The notes: generated by a model from the letters alone, not told the origin. Positions 39,167 through 49,381 are shown, numbered from the stretch's first letter. The stretch: 64,000 nucleotides of DNA from Candidatus Bathyarchaeota archaeon (GCA_963739305.1 CAVTZU010000008.1:1-64000); one strand, 5' to 3'. Program-made: numbers and translations.

Positions 39167-39463
39167 TCGCATGTTTTCGAGCCCTTCTTTTTCTATTATG
39201 GGCAAATCGCTGCATGATGCAGCTTGATTTTGTCGAGAGACTCAGAATTCCGTAAGGTCGCCGTTGTCGATGACGATGAAAACTTGGTCATGCTTCTCAA
39301 ATTGCTCGTAGCCTAGAATTCTACGCGGAAAATGTTGACCAAAATAGTGAAAGGCAAAGGGTAAACCGCCTTTCGAGAAGGATAATACGACAAGCTTCGC
39401 GTTCAAGGATTCATACAGATTTGTTTGTTTCATCATTTCAACCATCCATTTTTGTTAATCCCT

Positions 39464-40468
39464 CTAGGGTTCGCGTAATTCTAGCTTCAGCTGCCTTTTC
39501 AGGGTCTTGTAGCGGTTTCTCACCGTGACCTCAGTGACGCCTGCAGCTTCAGCGATGTACTTCTGTGTCTTCTTCTCGTTGTTCTGCAAACAAGCAATGT
39601 ACAGTGATGCAGCAGCCAATCCCATAGGGTCCTTTCCGGCAGCAGCCCGCTTCTTTCTGGCTTCTCGAAGAATCTGTATAGCAATTCCCTGGGTCTTGCC
39701 CGAAATGCCTGTTCTTTCAGCGATTTTTGAAACGTACGTAAGGGGGTCAGCGATGGGCATGTGCATATCAAGTTCACGTAGCAAAAGCCGGTAGCAACGG
39801 GCAACGTCCTTTTTATCGACTAGGCTTGCCTCTGCGATTTCATGAAGTGCTCTTGGGGTTCCACTTCCGCGGCAAGCCGCATAAACCGCAGCAGCCGTTA
39901 TGGCTGCGATAGACCTTCCGCGGACTAAGCTCTTATCTAAAGCTTTACGGTAAATAACCGCAGCCTTCTCTTTGATTGGCCGTGGAATGTAGACCCTGTC
40001 TGACAAGCGGTCAAGTTCAGCCATTGCCTGGGCTAGGTTTCTGTCAACTGAAGAATGCGCCCTAGAACGGATCTGCCATTTTCTCAGGCGCCACATCAGC
40101 AGGCGCGTTGATAATGGAAGTTTTCTTCCGAAGGCGTCACGGTCAATCTGGCCTATGGCCGTTGACAAGCCTTTATCATGCACAGAATAAGATGTTGGCA
40201 TCCCAACACGGCTTCTTGACGCTTTCTCTTCTTGGGTAAATGCACGCCATTCGGGTCCTTTATCCATCATTTGCCCGTATAAGACGAGCCCACAGTCGCC
40301 GCAAACGGTCTCACCCGTATCATAGTCATGGATAAGGTTTACACTACCACATTCCGGACACTTATCCCGCAACGTTTGCTGAGACCGTGTCACTTTCTTT
40401 CTTTTTTCCATCTTTTCGGTCTCTATCATATGGAGTAGGCTCATCACAGGACAACCTTCACAAAACAC
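39464..40468 (-). CDS. tfb: Transcription initiation factor IIB
   Basis: CPECGS..CGDCG zinc ribbon, GPEWRAF, RLRKWQ, cyclin repeats, AGVTEVTVRNRYK; real start likely downstream of 40468. Confidence 0.96.
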   Translation of the reverse strand: MFCEGCPVMSLLHMIETEKMEKRKKVTRSQQTLRDKCPECGSVNLIHDYDTGETVCGDCGLVLYGQMMDKGPEWRAFTQEEKASRSRVGMPTSYSVHDKGLSTAIGQIDRDAFGRKLPLSTRLLMWRLRKWQIRSRAHSSVDRNLAQAMAELDRLSDRVYIPRPIKEKAAVIYRKALDKSLVRGRSIAAITAAAVYAACRGSGTPRALHEIAEASLVDKKDVARCYRLLLRELDMHMPIADPLTYVSKIAERTGISGKTQGIAIQILREARKKRAAAGKDPMGLAAASLYIACLQNNEKKTQKYIAEAAGVTEVTVRNRYKTLKRQLKLELREP

Positions 40469-40576
40469 AATTCCTCATATTACGTATCAGAATTTGAGCG
40501 ATTTGATTGTTAGTCCGCAAAGCGCGCGTTAGAAAGAAGGATACTAAGGGTTGATGCTTTGTTCGGCAGGGTTTTC

Positions 40577-40864
40577 CTACTCTTTTGCAAGGGTTATTTC
40601 CATTGTTGAAACCATCCGTGCTCTGTTTTCGCCTTCTCTTGCTGGCATCTCCTCTGTTCCTATCGCGACTTTGCTCACTTTTAAGTCTTTTAGGAAGCGA
40701 TTTCTGGTTATTTCAGCTGCGTCAACTGCCGTGGTGATCGCTTGTCCTCGGGCTTTCAAGGTTATTTCTTTAGCATTGGATGCCGATAGGCTTGTAATAA
40801 TCGCTAGAACATAGCTCATTACTGGTTTACTTCCAATGAAAACAATTCCCGATTTTTCCGACAT
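40577..40864 (-). CDS. albA: DNA/RNA-binding protein Alba
   Basis: VFIGSKPVMSYVLA, LKARGQAITTAVDAAE, VSTMEITL. Confidence 0.93.
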   Translation of the reverse strand: MSEKSGIVFIGSKPVMSYVLAIITSLSASNAKEITLKARGQAITTAVDAAEITRNRFLKDLKVSKVAIGTEEMPAREGENRARMVSTMEITLAKE

Positions 40865-41405
40865 TTCCATCAATCCTTTCATCATTAATTGTAACGTACA
40901 ACGTTGCTGTGTTCTTCTCGTCCTTCAACAACAGAACGCTACTGACCTATACTACACACTTTCTTATAAAGCGATTAAACAGCAGAGCAGCCTGAGGATA
41001 TTTTCACGCGGCTCCCTTATCCTAGATTCCTATCTTAGACACAGCATTCACTTTGCATTTAGGTGATAGGTCATAATTAGGTGCAGAAAACTCGTATATG
41101 CGCGCGCTAACCCCCGCTCCTTTGCCGCCATCCACACATAGCGCGCTAGGGCGTTGCTTAATTCAGATTTTAATAGTTTTTATTCGGTTTCATGAGTAGT
41201 TGGCAGCTTTTGGTTGAACAATCCTCCCATCAGAGGCATCTCAATACGCACCGCGCGCGCTAACTTTACTCCTGCACCTTTCCCCAAAAGGAAAGAGAAG
41301 GGTTTCCAACGATTCAACCCTGTAGCAAACTGACAGGCACCAGTTGCATTTGTTGGATTGAACCTGGAAACCCATCCAAGACTGAAGGATGCCTAAATAA
41401 AAGTG

Positions 41406-41612
41406 TTAGCGCGCTGGCTTGTCCCTAAAATGGTTAAAAATGATATTTATTCCTTTTTTGTGGTTTGGGGGCGGTTTCGAGGCGCACTTGCTGCTAGCTT
41501 TCACGACCACGCCTTGGAGCTCCAAGCGGGCTAGGTGAAGCCTCAACGTGTCATGGGAAACCCCCACTTCCCGCAGGATCTGCCATAGCTTCCATGATTT
41601 ACCATCCCTCAA
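41406..41612 (-). pseudogene. Fragment of a winged-helix protein
   Basis: QILREVGVSHDTLRLHLARLELQGVV resembles an HTH recognition helix; no good start, degenerate C-terminus, bounded by GCGCGC runs. Confidence 0.5.
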
Positions 41613-41693
41613 AATGCCAGGATTTGCCTATCAAACAAGGTCAAATTGAACCCAAAAAGGCAAAGAAGAATTAAGACCAATTTCGGGCGCGCG

Positions 41694-41969
41694 CTAGCCA
41701 GGTAGTTCGACTCTTGCCCCTAATGCTTGCCCAGGTATGCCTTTGTGGAATTTGGCTGTGACAACGCCTTTCTTGCCGTGCAAGCTCATGATTCTGCCGA
41801 TGAAGCTGTTCTTTCCATACTTCAGAACCACTTTTCGACCAATGAGCTGGCCTGACTTAGAGACAGTATCTTCACCAATGATCCGGATGAGGCACCATTT
41901 TGGCATCTGTGTTCTGATGCCTATTCGATAGTTCACTATTGTTCCATAAGCAGGTTGATGCATAAACAT
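41694..41969 (-). CDS. rpl35ae: 50S ribosomal protein L35Ae
   Basis: GTIVNYRIG, LIGRKVV, GRIMSLHGKKGVVTAKFHKGIPGQALG. Confidence 0.9.
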   Translation of the reverse strand: MFMHQPAYGTIVNYRIGIRTQMPKWCLIRIIGEDTVSKSGQLIGRKVVLKYGKNSFIGRIMSLHGKKGVVTAKFHKGIPGQALGARVELPG

Positions 41970-42122
41970 ACGCCATTGCAACACCCTTCTAATGCATACC
42001 TCGCTCTTAAACATGCATAATTTGATTTAAGGGTGCTCTGTTTATAAGCCCCGGCGCGAACCTTAATTCAGCGTGTAAGAAGCGATTTTTGCACAGCAGC
42101 ATACGAGGAGTTGAAATAGTCA

Positions 42123-42263
42123 TTGTACGAGAAAGAAATGCATAAGGCAGTTTGTGCTGATTGTGGAAAAGACTGTGAAGTTCCATTCAAGCCTGACCCG
42201 AGCAGACCTGTTTACTGTCGAGATTGCTATTCGAAACGTGGACCACCAAGAAGAAGATTCTAA
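42123..42263 (+). CDS. CxxC-x17-CxxC zinc-finger protein 1
   Basis: Translated by hand: MYEKEMHKAVCADCGKDCEVPFKPDPSRPVYCRDCYSKRGPPRRRF; GAGGAG upstream; absent from ORF track. Confidence 0.88.
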   Translation: MYEKEMHKAVCADCGKDCEVPFKPDPSRPVYCRDCYSKRGPPRRRF

Positions 42264-42341
42264 GTTAAGCCAGCAACGCTAGCTTGGCATCATTTTTCTT
42301 CCATTTTTCACATTTTCTAATTACGCTCAACACGAATAGAG

Positions 42342-42593
42342 GTGATCAATAGATTGCAGAAAAGAATGTTCGAAGTCACGTGTACGGACTGTGGCAGCGC
42401 CACTACTGTACCTTTCAAGCCCACTGTCGGGAAACCAGTTTACTGCAGAACATGCTTCTCGAAACATATGCTGAAGCGATCAGAAAAAGAGGGTATGAAC
42501 TTCAGTTTTGATCCGAAACAGGCATGGGCACGTCGAGGAGACGACTGGAAAGGAAGAATCGAGCAAGAACCCACCAGCGTCTTCAACCGATAA
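42342..42593 (+). CDS. CxxC-x17-CxxC zinc-finger protein 2
   Basis: CTDCGSATTVPFKPTVGKPVYCRTC plus C-terminal KQAWARR extension. Confidence 0.88.
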   Translation: MINRLQKRMFEVTCTDCGSATTVPFKPTVGKPVYCRTCFSKHMLKRSEKEGMNFSFDPKQAWARRGDDWKGRIEQEPTSVFNR

Positions 42594-42861
42594 TGCAGTG
42601 TTCTGAGACAGAAATTGTTCCGAGTGCGCCAAGAACAAAGGCCGAAACACTCGAAACACTCTCTGAACTGAACGCAAGGCTGTGCCAGATGGTACTTTTA
42701 CAAATCCATCCGCATAGACCTATATACTTGATGATACATCCTTTAACAGTTAGGATTCTCTAGAGGAAGAGTTCAATCGCAGAGTATGCTTTTTCTCTGA
42801 TCGTTCTGACTAGTCACGACTCGTAGGCAACCATGTTCTCATGGTTCTGAAGGTGCGAAAA

Positions 42862-43167
42862 TTGGGTAAAAGAAAAGTCCTTAATGAAGAAAACTTGGAA
42901 AATATGTTGTATCCAAGCAAGAATGATGTGCTAGGAATAGCGGTCAAAATGCTTGGCTTTGACCGAATAATGGTCAAGTGCCAAGATGGCAAGGAACGAT
43001 TGTGCCGGGTTCGAGGCAAACTCAAAAGACGCGTGTGGATCCGAGATGGAGACATCGTGTTGGTTTCTCCTTGGGACTTCCAGTCAGACACGAGAGGCGA
43101 CATATTCTGGCGGTACAGGAAGAACCAGACTGAGCAATTGAGGCTCAAAGGCTACCTCACGATGTAG
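42862..43167 (+). CDS. eif1a: Translation initiation factor aIF-1A, second copy
   Basis: TTG start MGKRKVL..; RLCRVRGKLKRRVWIRDGDIVLVSPWDFQ; co-linear with the copy at 5082-5387. Confidence 0.93.
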   Translation: MGKRKVLNEENLENMLYPSKNDVLGIAVKMLGFDRIMVKCQDGKERLCRVRGKLKRRVWIRDGDIVLVSPWDFQSDTRGDIFWRYRKNQTEQLRLKGYLTM

Positions 43168-43237
43168 CTGCTGTGAAGGTTTCGAAATTGACCAGCATTT
43201 CCGAAACAGGTGAAGTATCGAAAATGAGTGAGAGATC

Positions 43238-43882
43238 TTGAGAAGGAAAACTTCATCAACTAGCGAGTATCTCGCGTTTCTTTCAGCAAAATACGAGGTT
43301 GACCCAGACAGTCTTTTCTACGCGTTGATTGTGGCAGAAGAAAGCAAAAAGTCCGTTTGCGGAGACCTTTCGATCGAGTGGCGTGGCGAAACGCGGGATA
43401 AGGTTATGTTTCTAATTCTGACGAGTTCCAAAGTTGTTGCACAGCTTTCAGTATTCAAACAATTCCTTTTGGAGAAAGGCCATCCGATCAGAGATTTCAT
43501 GGAGACTGAAAAGATACGCAGACTCCTGGCTAAGAGAGATAGGCAATCATCGGTTCTTCCGATCAGAGATCTGCGGAGTGGGATGACGCAGATTTGTCTG
43601 AAGGCCAAGGTTTTGGAGATTCCAAAGCCAACCATGGTCTACACACGCTATGGAAATTACGCGAGCGTAGCGAATGCACTGATAGCAGATGAAACTGGAA
43701 CGATTAGGCTGTGTCTCTGGAACGAGCAGATATATTGCATTTCTGCTGGAGACACTGTTCAGATCCAGAATGCAAGGGCTTCCACATTCAAAGGCCAAAG
43801 GCAATTGAACATTGGAAGAAAGGGCTTGCTCAGCAGTGTTGATGTGTCAAACTGTCAAGCGAAAGTGTTGATCAGCTCTTAG
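43238..43882 (+). CDS. RPA/SSB-type OB-fold protein with unknown N-terminal domain
   Basis: IRDLRSGM..LKAKVLE..IADETGTIRLCLWNE..GDTVQI.NA..FKG..QLNIG. Confidence 0.85.
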   Translation: MRRKTSSTSEYLAFLSAKYEVDPDSLFYALIVAEESKKSVCGDLSIEWRGETRDKVMFLILTSSKVVAQLSVFKQFLLEKGHPIRDFMETEKIRRLLAKRDRQSSVLPIRDLRSGMTQICLKAKVLEIPKPTMVYTRYGNYASVANALIADETGTIRLCLWNEQIYCISAGDTVQIQNARASTFKGQRQLNIGRKGLLSSVDVSNCQAKVLISS

Positions 43883-43917
43883 GTCCTGCTAGCCAAAGAA
43901 AGGCGATTGAGGAATAG

Positions 43918-44202
43918 TTGTTGAAAATCGTAAGAGGCTGGAGAAAAATGGACCGACAGCAAGGATTCATTAATGAGACCACGGGACAGAATCTGATCGT
44001 CACAAAGAAAGAGTTTGGAAGGCATTACGTGGTGCTGCTGTTTCCCAGGGTAAGAATTGATGATAAAGGAGAGACTATTTCACCAGAGTATGCGACTGCA
44101 TCGAAAGCAGAAGCCTATGCGTTGAAATGGATGGAGAAGCATCCGAGAGGAGCCGAACCAGCCCCTGAGCAAAGTTCAGGTGGAAGTGACGAAAATGAGT
44201 AG
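43918..44202 (+). CDS. Hypothetical protein
   Basis: 94-aa ORF; likely start ATG 43948 after GGAG. Confidence 0.55.
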   Translation: MLKIVRGWRKMDRQQGFINETTGQNLIVTKKEFGRHYVVLLFPRVRIDDKGETISPEYATASKAEAYALKWMEKHPRGAEPAPEQSSGGSDENE

Positions 44203-44293
44203 GAAAGATAAGCCTACGGGAAAAGCAATCGATAGGCAGAAGGGGCATCAAACAAGAAGGGCTAGCGGCGGAAAGAAACAGAAGAGAAGATAA
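44195..44293 (+). CDS. Putative 32-aa basic microprotein
   Basis: Translated by hand: MSRKDKPTGKAIDRQKGHQTRRASGGKKQKRR; overlaps previous stop, followed by a T run. Confidence 0.45.
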   Translation: MSRKDKPTGKAIDRQKGHQTRRASGGKKQKRR

Positions 44294-44660
44294 GAAGCAA
44301 CTTTTTTCGCATTGTCATGGTTATGACTTGCGTTGACCACTTGTTTTGCAGGCAATGCTTGCCGGCAGATCACCTGTAACAGAGCGCGTTAAACTCGAAG
44401 AAAAAGGGGAAGAGTGGGTATTGAGTGAGGGCCTACTCAACATGGTTTTTGAGTGTTTTCAGCTCTAAAACACCCTACCTCCCGGCCTTTTTTTCTTGCG
44501 GAGTACTGTCGATGGAGCTTTCGCTGGGGCGCTGGCTGATTCTTGCCGTGGTTTTCTTTTGGATTTGCATGTTTACTTTGATAGAAAAGGTACTGTTTCG
44601 GTGCGCGCTGCGCTAGGTCTGACCCAAAACTCTAAATGGGAAAGGACCAGATGACTTTTC

Positions 44661-45575
44661 ATGAACATTCAACCGGTCCGTTCCTTAACGATCATTACTC
44701 TTGTTGAAAATTCAGCCATGTCATTTCTGCTCGGTCAATGGGGTCTCTCATTTCTCTTGGAGTTTAGTGACGCTCAGAATCGCCAAAGAAAAATCATCTT
44801 CGACACCGGAAAGGACAAGCGTGCACTGCTCCAGAATATAAAACTCCTGAAAAAAGACCTTAGCGAGGTTGACTGTGTTGTATTGAGCCACGGTCATCTA
44901 GATCACACAGCGGCTACGGTGGAGATCGTCAAAGCCGCTGGAGGAGTAAAGGTCTACGCGCACCCACACACGTTTCTCCCTCGCTTCCAGAAAACCAAGG
45001 ACGGAAAGACAAGACGAATAGGAGTTCCTGAAAGAGAAGGCGTAGCAGACATTGAGAAAGCGGGAGGAACCGTCGTTCACACGTCAAGACCCACCGAAAT
45101 ATTGCCGGGACTGTGGACTACAGGCCCGATCCCAAGGACATCAGAATTCGAAAATGTTATGGATCTCCCCGAAGGGGAAAGATTGACGATTTGTCTTGAT
45201 GGAAAGGAAACTGATGATCACATTCGCGATGACCAGGCTCTTTATGCACAAGTCAAGGACGTGGGGGTTTACGTCATCACAGGCTGCGCCCACTCTGGTC
45301 TCATAAATACCCTGTCTCATATCCAAAAAGTAGGAGGCTTCAAACAACTTGCTGGAGTGATCGGGGGTACTCACCTCATCGGTCGTTCGGATGAATACAT
45401 TCAGCGAACGATCACAGATCTTAGCCATGTTGGAATGAACTTGATCTCACCTTGTCACTGCACAGGTTTCAAAGCCCAAACGAGACTCTGGCAAACATTC
45501 CCGAATGCTTTTGTCTTGAACTATGCTGGCAGAATTATCGAAGCTGGCAAAGAGCCAAAACCTCGTGTAATTTGA
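44661..45575 (+). CDS. MBL-fold metallo-hydrolase, COG1237 family
   Basis: FDTG, VLSHGHLDH, DDQAL, TGCAHSG, IGGTHL, PCHCTG. Confidence 0.88.
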   Translation: MNIQPVRSLTIITLVENSAMSFLLGQWGLSFLLEFSDAQNRQRKIIFDTGKDKRALLQNIKLLKKDLSEVDCVVLSHGHLDHTAATVEIVKAAGGVKVYAHPHTFLPRFQKTKDGKTRRIGVPEREGVADIEKAGGTVVHTSRPTEILPGLWTTGPIPRTSEFENVMDLPEGERLTICLDGKETDDHIRDDQALYAQVKDVGVYVITGCAHSGLINTLSHIQKVGGFKQLAGVIGGTHLIGRSDEYIQRTITDLSHVGMNLISPCHCTGFKAQTRLWQTFPNAFVLNYAGRIIEAGKEPKPRVI

Positions 45576-45681
45576 GCGTGCGTAGCCCCCGCGCGCGCGA
45601 TGTGCGATATACACGAGACTAAAACAGACACTAAAGTAGGAAATACGGGAATGAAGGGAAAGTGATGGTACGATGTTTTTG

Positions 45682-46154
45682 CTATTCTTTAGTCTTTGCA
45701 GAAGGCTTACGCATCGAACCCAAATATAGCCCTATGAAAACAAGCACCAAATCAAAAACAGCGTTCAAAGCTGTGTTGACATACAGGTACATTGTCTCGA
45801 AAGTGAACCAATCCATGTTTGTCCATGAACCAGTGGAGAACATTTTCTGAAGAGCTTCATCAGCCACAGCATTGTAATGTCCAACGCCACTGTAAAGCAT
45901 CAGACTAATGAAATAGTTACAAAAGTGAACAATACAACTATTTTACCAATTGACCTCATCCTAGACTCCTCTTGTATCTTCTCAGCGAAGACGTAACCAG
46001 CAACCAAACTACCAACAAAAAGAGACACACTTCCAGTAGCCAATAGTCCTGGATAAGAACCCGCTGGAACCAACACCAATCCTAGAACAGCAAATAGCAA
46101 AACGAAAATCACAGACGCAGATGCCGTAGCCATAATGACATCCCCAAACTTCAA
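45682..46154 (-). CDS. 4-TM membrane protein split by an apparent single-base deletion at about 45900
   Basis: ORFs 45900-46154 and 45682-45900 overlap as TGATG inside a hydrophobic helix; adding one base gives a continuous membrane protein. Confidence 0.6.
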
Positions 46155-46227
46155 CCTATCACCTCCTCTGAAGCCAAAAACACATATGTGCTCTCTATTC
46201 AGCTATAACTTTTCCCTAAAACCAAAA

Positions 46228-46265
46228 GTTGGGTTTGGGGGTAAAGTTTTATCCCAAACACACAG
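46228..46265 (+). repeat. Cassette-boundary palindrome copy 10 (forward)
   Basis: GTTGGGTTTG-GGGGTAAAGTTTTATCCC-AAACACACAG; core 46238-46255. Confidence 0.88.
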
Positions 46266-46832
46266 CTAGCTACGATATCTCATTAGCTCCGCAGCGTTAT
46301 CAGGCAAGTGGTCTATTCCACCAAACTCTTTGACAACAATCGACTCTATCTTGGACTTCAGTTCTTCCCTAATGCCAGGGTAAGTCATTTCTTCTTCTCC
46401 GCCAATGCTCTCACAGTCATCCTCGACTATAATATCTGGCAGGACTTTCTCCGCCACGTCTTTGTAATCCTCACCTTCTTTTCTGGAAAGTAGTTGTCCT
46501 TGAGGGAATTTGAATTTCTTGAGAATTTTTCGTATGATGTCGATTTCCTCTGATTTCGTTCTGGATGTAAGATACACAATAGTTGCACCTTGTTTCTTCC
46601 AGGCTCCGATTTTTCTTACGCTGTTCCCTATTGGAACTGAAGCTGCGAAATATTCAGGAGAAGGTGCGTCACCAGATTTCCGCAGTTTTTCAAGCTCTTC
46701 TTTCGAGAGGTTTGACCATTTCTTGACTTGCTTGACTATCTCTTCTCTTGGAATACCAATCCATTTCTTGTTTGTTAGAATAGTTCCCTCGGTGAAAACC
46801 AGAATCTTGACAGACAGGTCTACGCCCTCCAA
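46266..46832 (-). CDS. HAD-like hypothetical protein
   Basis: ILVFTEGT, IVYLTSR, IIVEDD resemble degenerate HAD motifs; sole gene between palindromes 10 and 11. Confidence 0.65.
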   Translation of the reverse strand: MEGVDLSVKILVFTEGTILTNKKWIGIPREEIVKQVKKWSNLSKEELEKLRKSGDAPSPEYFAASVPIGNSVRKIGAWKKQGATIVYLTSRTKSEEIDIIRKILKKFKFPQGQLLSRKEGEDYKDVAEKVLPDIIVEDDCESIGGEEEMTYPGIREELKSKIESIVVKEFGGIDHLPDNAAELMRYRS

Positions 46833-46888
46833 GCTGGACCTTACAATTTCCTAAGCAGTCGGAGCGTATCTTATGGCTTGTGGTAGGA

Positions 46889-46927
46889 TTTGGTTGGTGG
46901 GATAAAACTTTACCCCCAACCCACCCC
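46889..46927 (-). repeat. Cassette-boundary palindrome copy 11 (reverse)
   Basis: TTTGGTTGGT-GGGATAAAACTTTACCCC-CAACCCACCCC; core 46899-46916. Confidence 0.88.
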
Positions 46928-46961
46928 TTTTGAAAATGCTAATTAACTGTTGACCCAATAG

Positions 46962-47315
46962 TTGTTTTGCAGTGGAAAAATGAATGGACCAATTGCTAAA
47001 AGGAATTTCTTAATGAAAGCAGGGTTGATATTCCTAATTTTCGGAATACTAGATTTCTTGATGCTTCTTCTGGCGATTCTTTTTAGTTTTGGGGGGCAGC
47101 CCTACCCGTACAGACCTATGCCAGAATGGGCTGCGGTATTAGAAACAGCTCTCCTCGGGATTCTATTTTTTTGGTGGGTATTCTTGTTTGTAGGTGGAGT
47201 TCTGATTGTTGTAGGAACAGTAGTGCGCGATAGAGCGCGGTCGCGCGCGCTAAGTCATTTGTTACAAACAACATTCTTCTCAACACAAAAAAAGGCTTTT
47301 GAAACACTCTTGTGA
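46962..47315 (+). CDS. Small 2-TM membrane protein
   Basis: Two hydrophobic helices; 3' end runs through a CGCGCGCGC junction at 47242. Confidence 0.55.
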   Translation: MFCSGKMNGPIAKRNFLMKAGLIFLIFGILDFLMLLLAILFSFGGQPYPYRPMPEWAAVLETALLGILFFWWVFLFVGGVLIVVGTVVRDRARSRALSHLLQTTFFSTQKKAFETLL

Positions 47316-47557
47316 CAGTTGCGCGTCGTCAAAAAAAGAAATTAATGTGATCCTCTTGGAAGCCTGAGTTTCATCTCAATCAAATCTGATTTTTCTCTTT
47401 TTCAAATTCTCCTTCTGTCCACCAGTGTGCAAAAATAAGTAGCGCTCGTTCATAAATGATTTATCTATAATCCCTTTAGGTTGACCCTGTGAATTGGACT
47501 TATCCTCGATTACGACTTGCGAAAAACACGCGAATCCCGTAAACAGTAGGCGAGACA

Positions 47558-49381
47558 ATGGAAATGCGGAAGAGAACATTGACCATAATTGGCATTCTAG
47601 CTATCACCATGATGGTAACAGTATATTTCGCTTCTAATTCCTTATTGTTGAATAGCTTCAAAGAACTGGAAGAAACCAATGTATATCAAAACCTTGGCAG
47701 ATTTCAAAGCGCTCTGTCCAGTGATATCTCTGATTTGTACAGCAAGTCAGGCGATTGGGCAGTATGGGACGACACCTACGCATTCATTGTTGCCCCAAAC
47801 GACAATTACATTAACTCAAATGTTGTGGATTCAGCTTTCACCACTTTGAAGATCAACATTCTGTTGTTCGTAAACCTCTCGGGTCAGATTGTGTGCGGCA
47901 AAGCCTACGACTTGCATAACCTGACGGAAGTCCCAGTTCCAGAGAGTCTGGAAAGAGAACTCGCTTCTCATGATGTTCTTTGGCGCTTTTCCACAACTGA
48001 CAGAAGGATTGACGGGATCATTCTTCTGCCAGAAAATCCCTTGTTGATTTGCTCAAGGCCCATTTTGACAAGCCAAGGTAACGGACCTGTTCATGGAGCA
48101 CTGATCATGGCACGCTACTTGGACTCTGATGAAATCGAACAACTAGCCCGAACGACGGATTTGTCTCTCACATTACAGCGTTATAATGATTCGCCAGTGC
48201 TTCCAGATTTCCAAAACGCACTCTCAGCATTTGCGAATAACGAAACAGGCTTCTGCCAACCCTTGAACGCAGATTATGTTGCCGGATATTCTTTAATAAA
48301 AGATGTTTATGGAAATCCCATTCTCACTTCAAGGATTGACATGCCTAGAGACATTTACAAACAAGGACTAAGTACGATCAACTACTTCCTCCTGTCGCTC
48401 ATTGGTTTGACCGTTGTTTTCGTAGCAGCCATTATGTTACTCATGGAAAGAACAGTTTTGTCTCGGGTTGTCAGACTTACCAAGGCTGTGCGGAACATAG
48501 GAAGAAATAGAGATCTCAAAACTCGTGTGCCAACCGATGGAAATGACGAGTTGGCAGGTCTGGCAAAGTCGATAAACAGAATGTTGACCGACATCGAAGA
48601 CAAGTCTTCTAGATTGCGAAAAGCAGAGCATCTTGCAGCCATCGGCCAGGTGGCAGCGATGGTTGGACACGACTTGCGAAATCCCCTGACAGGAATCAGT
48701 GGGGCCACGTACTATTTGAAGACAAAGTTGGAAGCAAAAATGGATCCCAAATCAAAGGAAATGGTTGAAACCATTCAGAGGGCAATCGCTCACTCGGATA
48801 GAATCATAACTGACCTCTTGAAGTGCGCAGAGGAGATGAAGCTTGACATATCCGAAACCGAACCAAGACATATCCTGAGCGAAGTCCTTTCCCGTGTGAA
48901 GGTTCCAAGCAATGTTAGAGTACTGGACAAGACACAAGAAACACTAAGAATCAAATGTGATCAAGAAAAAATGAAAACCGCTTTCGCCAAAGTAGTAGAA
49001 AACGCGTTTGACGCGATGCCGAACGGCGGAACGTTGACGGTGGAGAGCGCAAGAGCGAAGGAAGGTGTTACAGTCAGTTTCTCTGACACGGGCGTCGGCA
49101 TATCAAGTGAGGTCATGACAAAACTCTGGTCACCTTTTTTCACAACCAAAGCTAGTGGAATGGGCCTCGGACTGGCAATTTGCAAACGCATGGTAGACGC
49201 ACACGGAGGCACAATCTTCGCGGAAAGCTCCGCAGGAAAAGGCTCCACGTTCACCATTACACTTCCGACAGATCCAAGAATCAAGCAAGAAGATTCCGAA
49301 AACTTCATAGCTATTCCAGAACATCCACTATCAACGCTAGAAAAACAGCAAAACAATGAGAAAGCCGCAAAAGAATCATAA
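47558..49381 (+). CDS. Sensor histidine kinase: TM-CHASE4-TM-HAMP-HisKA-HATPase
   Basis: DWAVWDDTYAF (CHASE4), GNDELAGLAKSINRM (HAMP), GHDLRNPL, ENAFDAM, DTGVG, FFTTK..GMGLGL. Confidence 0.92.
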   Translation: MEMRKRTLTIIGILAITMMVTVYFASNSLLLNSFKELEETNVYQNLGRFQSALSSDISDLYSKSGDWAVWDDTYAFIVAPNDNYINSNVVDSAFTTLKINILLFVNLSGQIVCGKAYDLHNLTEVPVPESLERELASHDVLWRFSTTDRRIDGIILLPENPLLICSRPILTSQGNGPVHGALIMARYLDSDEIEQLARTTDLSLTLQRYNDSPVLPDFQNALSAFANNETGFCQPLNADYVAGYSLIKDVYGNPILTSRIDMPRDIYKQGLSTINYFLLSLIGLTVVFVAAIMLLMERTVLSRVVRLTKAVRNIGRNRDLKTRVPTDGNDELAGLAKSINRMLTDIEDKSSRLRKAEHLAAIGQVAAMVGHDLRNPLTGISGATYYLKTKLEAKMDPKSKEMVETIQRAIAHSDRIITDLLKCAEEMKLDISETEPRHILSEVLSRVKVPSNVRVLDKTQETLRIKCDQEKMKTAFAKVVENAFDAMPNGGTLTVESARAKEGVTVSFSDTGVGISSEVMTKLWSPFFTTKASGMGLGLAICKRMVDAHGGTIFAESSAGKGSTFTITLPTDPRIKQEDSENFIAIPEHPLSTLEKQQNNEKAAKES

